Shown: positions 58,336 through 64,000 of the stretch, in pieces
How positions within the stretch are numbered: position 1 is the stretch's first letter
How the letters are laid out: every line of letters starts with the position of its first letter
Assembly: GCA_001824825.1 (NCBI GenBank)
Contig: MHTK01000006.1
Span: 252,138 to 316,137 of the forward strand
DNA from: Candidatus Vogelbacteria bacterium RIFOXYD1_FULL_46_19
GTDB taxonomy: Bacteria; Patescibacteriota; Minisyncoccia; Phycocordibacterales; XYD1-FULL-46-19
Direction: 5' to 3'
Length of the DNA: 64,000 bases
The notes under the pieces: model-generated
What the model saw: the letters and a program-made list of their open reading frames with translations, nothing else
Databases searched by the model: none
What the model was told of the DNA's origin: nothing
Position numbers and translations under genes: made by a program

Positions 58336-58821
58336 TTATTTCAATTTAGAATGGCGATAGATAGCAAGAATCGGCCGGTATTTACCGCTGCCTGTTTTAG
58401 CGAAAGTGTAGTAGTGCTTCCCCGGTACATGCTTTTGCCAAATATTACTGACCGCCTCCTCAGCGCCTAAATAAAATCCCAGATGATCGTGGGTAAAACT
58501 GCCATCAACCGAAGGACCCCAAACTATGACCGCTCCCGGCTCTAAGTTTTTAGTTTTTTTCCAACCGGCTATTTCCAAAGCTTTCACCGTTCCAGTCACG
58601 GTAGAGTGAAGCCGGTCAACCAAACCAAACATACTGAGCACACCCGACACAAAAAAAGCGCAAGATAAATCCCCAGCCCGAGTGATATCTTTTTTCTGTC
58701 CATCTACTTCAGCGTAAATGGTCTGAAACATTTTCGTGCCCACACTTTTTTCCACCACCGTAAGCAGGGTGTCGAGAGTAAGTGGTTTGACTTTAAGCTT
58801 TTTGGTTTTTATTTTGGCCAT
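58336..58821 (-). CDS. papain-like Cys/His hydrolase (CHAP / NlpC-P60 superfamily-like), uncertain
   Basis: 161 aa; 'GDLSCAFFVSGVL' candidate nucleophile Cys, 'HDHLGFYLG' candidate His; 2-nt spacing to upstream C39-like gene. Confidence 0.35.
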   Translation of the reverse strand: MAKIKTKKLKVKPLTLDTLLTVVEKSVGTKMFQTIYAEVDGQKKDITRAGDLSCAFFVSGVLSMFGLVDRLHSTVTGTVKALEIAGWKKTKNLEPGAVIVWGPSVDGSFTHDHLGFYLGAEEAVSNIWQKHVPGKHYYTFAKTGSGKYRPILAIYRHSKLK

Positions 58822-58822
58822 A

Positions 58823-60154
58823 TTAAATTTGCCCTACCAGTGTAACAAATTGATCATTCCTCTCATATTCATTCTTAAAAACCCCAAAACTGGCCGCGCC
58901 GGGCGACAGTAAAATCAGGTCGCCTGCGGTGGCCGAGATTTGAGCCTGATCAAGAGCTTCGGTCATGGAGGTCACCTCTACCACTTCGATTTCAGACGGC
59001 AAAACCGCTTTAATCTTTTCAGTGGCACTGCCTTTAAATAAGATAAATTTCTTCACATAAGTCGGCATTAATCTGGCATACTCTGAAAAATCGAGTTCCT
59101 TATCCGCCCCACCACCAATCAAGATAATTTTCCCTTGGTAGTCAGGAAAAGCTTTGACCGCCGCCATCGCCGCGTCGGGAGTAGTGGCATTGTTGTCGTT
59201 ATAAAATTTGATACCTTTTTTCTCGCCTAAGTATTCCAAGCGACCAGGAACGCCGGGGAAAGTCTCAATTCCCCGTTTAACATCTTCAACCTCAAGACCC
59301 AAAGCAATCGCTGCCTCATAAACCAAAGAGGCGTTGTAACGATTATGGGCGCCCAGCAACTTCACTGCCCAGCCAACCGGCAAAGTATGACCTGCAATAA
59401 TTAAATGACTTTTTATTTTATCTTTATACTGCTCTAACACAGCTGACTCGGCTTGCTCACCTAAAACCAAAAAATCTTCCGCGTGTTGATTGAGGAAAAT
59501 ATTAGCTTTATCAGCCAAGTACAAATCCATATTATTCTGATAATAGTTTTGATGATCCTGCATAAAAGTGGTAAAGATAGCCACCTGCGGACTTAAACCC
59601 GCTTCACCAAAACCCTGCAACTGCCAAGAATCCAGCTCCAACACTACATAATCCCCTGCTTTGACTTTTGACAGTAAGGGTAAAGTAGCAATACCGCGCA
59701 CATTACCACCTAAGTAAACCACCTGGTTGGCCGCTTTCAACACCTGTTCCAACCAATGAGTCACCGTGCTTTTACCACGAGTACCAGTAACACCCACTGT
59801 CACCACTCCAGGTGGCGCCAGCTCCAGGAAAAGTGAAGCATCCATTTTCACTGGAATACCATTTTTTTTAGCTTCCGCAATAAAAGGCGAATTTAGTGGT
59901 ACCCCAGCGGCTTTGATAATTAGATCCTGATTAGTAAAATCCTCTAAGCGGTGTTCACCTAAAACATAAGTAATATTGTCATACTCCGACAGCTGGTCTA
60001 AAGAATCTTTAAGATCAGTAGCCGATTTCAAGTCGGTGATAGTAAGTTGGGCCCCAGCTGCCGCTAAAAAACGAGTCACCCCGATGCCGCGCCCTAACAG
60101 GCCAAGACCGAGCATAGTTATTTTTCTGCCTCTAAAATAATCACTATCATCCAT
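58823..60154 (-). CDS. murD: UDP-N-acetylmuramoylalanine--D-glutamate ligase
   Basis: 443 aa; N-terminal 'ITMLGLGLLGRGIGVTRFL' MurD Rossmann-like, 'VGVTGTRGKSTVT' P-loop. Confidence 0.75.
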   Translation of the reverse strand: MDDSDYFRGRKITMLGLGLLGRGIGVTRFLAAAGAQLTITDLKSATDLKDSLDQLSEYDNITYVLGEHRLEDFTNQDLIIKAAGVPLNSPFIAEAKKNGIPVKMDASLFLELAPPGVVTVGVTGTRGKSTVTHWLEQVLKAANQVVYLGGNVRGIATLPLLSKVKAGDYVVLELDSWQLQGFGEAGLSPQVAIFTTFMQDHQNYYQNNMDLYLADKANIFLNQHAEDFLVLGEQAESAVLEQYKDKIKSHLIIAGHTLPVGWAVKLLGAHNRYNASLVYEAAIALGLEVEDVKRGIETFPGVPGRLEYLGEKKGIKFYNDNNATTPDAAMAAVKAFPDYQGKIILIGGGADKELDFSEYARLMPTYVKKFILFKGSATEKIKAVLPSEIEVVEVTSMTEALDQAQISATAGDLILLSPGAASFGVFKNEYERNDQFVTLVGQI

Positions 60155-60275
60155 CCCCAGATTGTAGCAGGCTAAGTCAAAAAATTGAAATGTAAAAACA
60201 AGCCCTACGACCGCCCAAAAATGTCATAAAAATCGGGGCACCACACTAGCACCCCGACTGAGGTCGACTTGAATC

Positions 60276-60680
60276 CTAGTCATAGAGTAAGACGCAGCTA
60301 ATTTCGTCTAGCCCTTCCTTAATTCCAAAAGCTTTCAGTTCTTCTTCCAGTCTACTCAAAAACAAAAGATCCGGATTTTTGTTTAAAACTGACAAAGCAC
60401 AAGAAAGCGATCGGTAAGAGTTGGTCACCCGACAATTACTTTCAATCATAAATACTGATTGCCGCTCTTTGGAGTTGTAAACTTCAAAGAACGGGATTAT
60501 AGAATTGAAGTGATTATATACAACAAAAGTGTCACCCCACTTTTGTTCAAGTAGTCCTTGGATCTGGACCACTAACTCTCTGACCTCGGCGGTAAACTCG
60601 ACTGATTGACATTGCCGGTCAAATTGACTAACCACCATCTTCAGTCTCATACCTCCTCCTCGCCTTTTAATCTCAACCAA
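60276..60680 (-). CDS. hypothetical protein (134 aa)
   Basis: ORF only. Confidence 0.35.
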   Translation of the reverse strand: MVEIKRRGGGMRLKMVVSQFDRQCQSVEFTAEVRELVVQIQGLLEQKWGDTFVVYNHFNSIIPFFEVYNSKERQSVFMIESNCRVTNSYRSLSCALSVLNKNPDLLFLSRLEEELKAFGIKEGLDEISCVLLYD

Positions 60681-60966
60681 AAATCCTCACTGTATTTAGT
60701 ATGGCGGTGGAAGTAGTGATAATCAAAGACTTTATTCCACAAGGAATAAAGAGAAAAAGTGGTGCGCAGTCTCTGCTGTAACTAAAGCTTCCCCCGACAC
60801 TAAAGTTAGGGTGAACAGAGCTGGTGAGTAAAGTAAGGCTTTGGAGATTAAATTATTTAAAAAAATTTTGTAGAAATTTCCTTTAAAGTACTGCTATGTG
60901 GAGAGTCCGCAAGGAAACCGACCTAAGGGATAGTTCTTAAAAGTGTCCCACATTAAAAATCTTTAA

Positions 60967-61317
60967 TTAAAAAATTAAAAATAATAATATCAAAATTACT
61001 ATTACGCTTATTGGAGTAATTATCCACAGTAAAATCATTTTTTTGAATAATTCGGATATATCTTTAGGTAAATTAGAATAGTTCTTTAATAAATACCAAT
61101 TACTCCAACTAGCAATATTAGAATAGTAAAAAAAATTACTTTGTTTGAGTTTAACAAAATATGATTTAGGAAGTACATTTAAATTAGTGTATTTTGTTTC
61201 AAATAAATTAATAATTTTTTTTAATATTTTTTCTTGAATCCTAAGTACTATAACCAAGGTTACTATAATAAAAACAAATAGAATTGATGCAAAAACTTTA
61301 TTATCTAATATTGTCAT
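60967..61317 (-). CDS. hypothetical small membrane protein in very AT-rich segment
   Basis: 116 aa; two hydrophobic helices; local GC far below genome context. Confidence 0.3.
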   Translation of the reverse strand: MTILDNKVFASILFVFIIVTLVIVLRIQEKILKKIINLFETKYTNLNVLPKSYFVKLKQSNFFYYSNIASWSNWYLLKNYSNLPKDISELFKKMILLWIITPISVIVILILLFLIF

Positions 61318-61388
61318 ATTATAAAAGATTTATTTAAACTTATCACTCTATAATCTCTTGGTGCACGTACCCCTCCGTCGCTAAAGCT

Positions 61389-61440
61389 TTGGCGGGCAAA
61401 GCAGGACTCGAACCTGGGACCTCGTCATTATTAGGTAAAA
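61389..61440 (-). pseudogene. tRNA-Ile 3'-half duplicate (anticodon-loop remnant + T-arm + divergent acceptor + encoded CCA); tRNA remnant / att-like repeat
   Basis: 29-nt exact match to tRNA-Ile (UAAUGACGAGGUCCCAGGUUCGAGUCCUG) followed by CUUUGCCCGCCA; no pairing 5' half found. Confidence 0.5.
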
Positions 61441-61488
61441 AGCGAGATTCGTAAGCTTTTTACCGCTCTGTTAAAAATATTAGCTAAC

Positions 61489-61564
61489 TGCCGGGTAAGG
61501 TGCGCGATCCAGGACTCGAACCTGGGACCTCGTCATTATCAGTGACGCGCTCTAACCACCTGAG
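61489..61564 (-). tRNA. tRNA-Ile (anticodon GAU)
   Basis: Manual fold: acceptor GCGCGAU/AUCGCGC 7 bp, D-arm GCUC-AGGUGGUUA-GAGC, anticodon stem CGUCA/UGACG loop CUGAUAA, T-arm CCAGG-UUCGAGU-CCUGG, discriminator A, CC encoded. Confidence 0.85.
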
Positions 61565-61602
61565 CTAATCGCGCACTTTACCAATCAAATTGGAGCTAAT
61601 AT

Positions 61603-61621
61603 TTTTTAAAAGAACCACCTG
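61603..61621 (-). repeat. 19-nt duplicate of tRNA-Ile 5' region (acceptor 3 nt + D-arm) 38 nt upstream of the tRNA
   Basis: aaccacctgagctaatcgc identical to 61542-61560. Confidence 0.6.
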
Positions 61622-61689
61622 AGCTAATCGCACAAACACCACGAAATATACCAAAAATCCAACCTAAAAACAAGAACGGCTGACTGAAA

Positions 61690-61731
61690 CAAAAAAGCGT
61701 CTTGCCCCGGCTTTTCGCCAAGGCAAGACGC
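61690..61731 (-). terminator. rho-independent terminator after the small membrane-protein gene
   Basis: 10-bp perfect stem gcgtcttgcc/ggcaagacgc, then UUUUUUG on minus transcript. Confidence 0.7.
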
Positions 61732-61780
61732 ACACGCCGATCCAAGTAACCATAACACAACAGCTACTTGGCGGGTAAAA

Positions 61781-62077
61781 TTACTCTACGTCGGCCCTTA
61801 AGTGGGCCGGAGCTACCCAAACTTCCTGGTAGCTCCCTGGATTAGCCTCGAGCCACTCCGGGCCGTATTCCCTCTCCTCGCCGTCTTCGACGACGAGGAC
61901 TCTCTGGACCTCCCCGTCGGGGTGGGTCCGATAAACGACCGGCTGATCCATCGCCGAAACAACAAACCAACCAAGCACTGCCGTCATCAGCAAAATGATG
62001 CCGACTCCGGCGGAGGCTTCCAAAACACCTTTCAAAAACTTTTTGGAAGCCGACTGCTTCCTGACTATTGAGTTCAT
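61781..62077 (-). CDS. small single-pass membrane protein (98 aa) located between 16S rRNA and tRNA-Ile
   Basis: Strong SD (GGGAGGAUGAGGA) 8 nt upstream of ATG; one TM helix; own terminator downstream. Confidence 0.55.
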   Translation of the reverse strand: MNSIVRKQSASKKFLKGVLEASAGVGIILLMTAVLGWFVVSAMDQPVVYRTHPDGEVQRVLVVEDGEEREYGPEWLEANPGSYQEVWVAPAHLRADVE

Positions 62078-62154
62078 TCCTCATCCTCCCATTTTCAAAC
62101 TCTAACTTAATATTAGCACGTTTGGAAATTTATGTCAATAAAGCTGAGCTAGAC

Positions 62155-62181
62155 CTAAAAAACGCCCAACTTGGGCGTTTT
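62155..62181. terminator. bidirectional rho-independent terminator immediately downstream of 16S rRNA
   Basis: aaaaaacgcccaa-cttg-ggcgtttttt. Confidence 0.65.
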
Positions 62182-62339
62182 TTAGGAGTTTTCCACTTAT
62201 AGTATTTAAATCCAAGGTCAAAAAAGTCTGCGATCTTTTCCGGTGTTCCGTTCACTCGGGCGATAGGTGCGCCCGAGGTCACCGATTCATGTTTAGAGTC
62301 ATAGAATCATCACTCCATCCACCAAAGGTGAATGATCAA

Positions 62340-63850
62340 CCGGATAAGCTCAAATATTTTTCAATATTCGAACGTCCAAATGGAATAGTTCCACGACCAG
62401 CTTCCGCTAGCCGTGCCTTGTTACGACTTAACCCTTGTCACCGAGCTTACCTTAGGCCCACATAAGTGAGACTTCGGGTATTCCCGGCTCCCCTGGCTTG
62501 ACGGGCGGTGAGTACAAGACTTGAGAACGTATTCACCGCGGTATAGCTGACCCGCGATTACTAGCGATTCCAACTTCATGAGGTCGAGTTGCAGACCTCA
62601 ATCCGAACTGGGGCCACTTTTTTAGGATTAGCTTAGCCTCTCGGCGTCGCGACCCGTTGTAGTGGCCATTGTATCATGTGTGTAGCCCAGGATGTCAAAG
62701 GGACATGCTGACTTGGCGTCATCCCCGCTTCCTCCCATCAAAGATGGATAGTCTCGCCTGACACTTGTAACAGACGATGAGGGTTGCGTTCGTTTCCCCA
62801 CTTAAGGGAACAACTCAAGCCACGAACTGACGACAGCCATGCATCACCTGCCCAACCGTCTCTTGTGAAGAAGTCTCGAGTTTCCCCGGGACGTCGTTTG
62901 GGTTTCAAACCCTGGTAAGGTTCTTCGTTTAGTTACGAATTAAACCACATGATCCACCGCTTGTGCAAGTCCCCGTCTATTCTTTTGAGTTTTAGCCTTG
63001 CGGCCGTACTTCCCAGGCGGTTCTCTTAACGCGTTAGCTTGGCCTCTCAGAGGGTCGATACTCCGAAAAGCGAGAGAACATCGTTTAGGGCGTGGACTAC
63101 CGGGGTATCTAATCCCGTTCGCTACCCACGCTTTCGTGTCTCAGCGTCAGAAGTGCGCCAGCCTGCTGCCTTCGCTTTCGGTGTTCCCCATGATATCAAC
63201 GGATTTCACCCCTACACCATGAGTTCCACAGGCCTCTCGCACTCTCAATAGTCTGGCCGTTTCTTTCGCATCTCTCGGGTTAAGCCCGAGGCTTTAACAA
63301 AAGACTAACCAGACCGCCTACACACCCTTTACGCCCAGTAATTCCGGATAACGCTTGGGGCACTCGTATTACCGCTGCTGCTGGCACGAGTTTAGCAGCC
63401 CCTTATTCATGAGGTACCGTCACACTAATTATATAGCTTCTTCCCTCATAAAAGAAGTTTACGCACCTAAGTGCTTCATCCTTCACGCGACGTCGCTCCA
63501 TCAGGCTTTCGCCCATTGTGGAAGATTCTCGACTGCGGCCACCCGTAGGTGTATGGTCCGTGTCTCAGTACCATCGGTGGGGGTCAGGCTCTCACCTCCC
63601 CTAGACGTCATAGCCTTGGTAGGCCATTACCCTACCAACTAGCTGATATCCCGCAGGCCGCTCCAGAAGCGATAAATCTTTACCCCTAAGGGACCATCAT
63701 GTATTACCCGACCTTTCGGCCGGCTATTCATGACTTCTGGGTGCGTTCCTACGTGTTACTACCTCGTTTGCCGGTCCGCCCGAAGGCGGCCCTCGACTTG
63801 CATGCCTTATCCACGTCGCCAGCGTTCATCCTGAGCCAAGATCAAACTCT
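62340..63850 (-). rRNA. rrs: 16S ribosomal RNA (3' end approximate, 62330-62375)
   Basis: Reverse complements of AGAGTTTGATCTTGGCTCAG (63831-63850), GTGCCAGCAGCAGCGGTAATAC (63362-63383), GTACTCACCGCCCGTCA (~62495-62515), AAGTCGTAACAAGG (62416-62429); 3' terminal helix divergent, canonical CCUCC anti-SD not recognised. Confidence 0.9.
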
Positions 63851-63871
63851 CAAAGAAAAGCGAAACGTTTT

Positions 63872-63903
63872 AGTTTACTCACTAAAAGTGAGTAAACTAA
63901 AGC
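63872..63903. promoter_or_regulatory. 13-bp perfect hairpin in 16S leader (tagtttactcact-aaaa-gtgagtaaacta)
   Basis: Exact inverted repeat 20 nt upstream of the 16S 5' end; candidate leader processing stem. Confidence 0.45.
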
Positions 63904-64000
63904 TGACTCTGGTCAAGCTGATAAAATCGGCCAGCCGAGTCTAGTTTCGCATGAACGGAACACTAGAAAAAATAACAGAAACTTTTTTTGCGTTTGGATC

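Noticed and set aside
61802-62084. Plus ORF 61802-62071 and minus ORF 61842-62084
   Set aside because: They are alternative-frame shadows of the better-supported 61781-62077 gene, which has a strong SD.
62998-63944. Four ORFs (70-95 aa) in the track at 62998-63944
   Set aside because: They lie inside the 16S rRNA gene or leader and are spurious.

Overview
This 64-kb window looks like a small-genome, peptidoglycan-containing bacterium. The split transketolase, unlinked 16S gene, variant universal-primer sites and 52 of 55 CDS on the minus strand are all consistent with a Candidate Phyla Radiation (Patescibacteria)-like lineage. That placement is an inference, not a database result.

In order, the window contains:
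- a pfkB-family sugar kinase, followed by an ~800-nt GC-rich, non-coding and probably structured RNA region bracketed by two terminators;
- gpsA;
- a non-oxidative pentose-phosphate cluster: transketolase split into N- and C-terminal subunits with an AT-rich orphan gene between them, then rpe, rpiB and gap;
- gatB and murB;
- three consecutive secreted proteins: a PKD-domain protein, a PASTA-repeat lipoprotein with a near-identical 201-nt tandem duplication and a (GE)n linker, and a 785-aa acidic tandem-repeat protein with a C-terminal peptidoglycan-binding domain;
- secA;
- an unannotated 47-aa Lys/Ala-rich histone-H1-like gene beside a structured AT/GC mosaic intergenic region;
- a ~29-kb cell-surface glycan locus whose ~26-kb core (24.9-50.9 kb) is AT-rich. 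It holds a Wzy-like ligase with TPR repeats, a Wzx flippase, a CDP-alcohol phosphatidyltransferase, seven GT4 enzymes, a GtrA/GtrB/GT-C-like module, three or four SAM methyltransferases, a methyltransferase-FemAB fusion, a B12-binding radical SAM enzyme, a Gfo/Idh/MocA-FAD oxidoreductase fusion, WecB, an SDR epimerase, and a GDP-heptose pathway (transaldolase, GmhA, HddA-like GHMP kinase, GmhB, HddC-like nucleotidyltransferase);
- a HerA/TraD-like P-loop ATPase;
- murC and murD, separated by two papain-like cysteine hydrolases and a GC-rich orphan gene;
- a stand-alone 16S rRNA gene with its own terminator, followed by a small membrane-protein gene and a tRNA-Ile(GAU) flanked by partial tRNA duplicates. 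No 23S gene lies downstream.

No CRISPR array, integrase or transposase was recognised. All functional calls rest on motif-level reading of the supplied translations; none was confirmed by a search.
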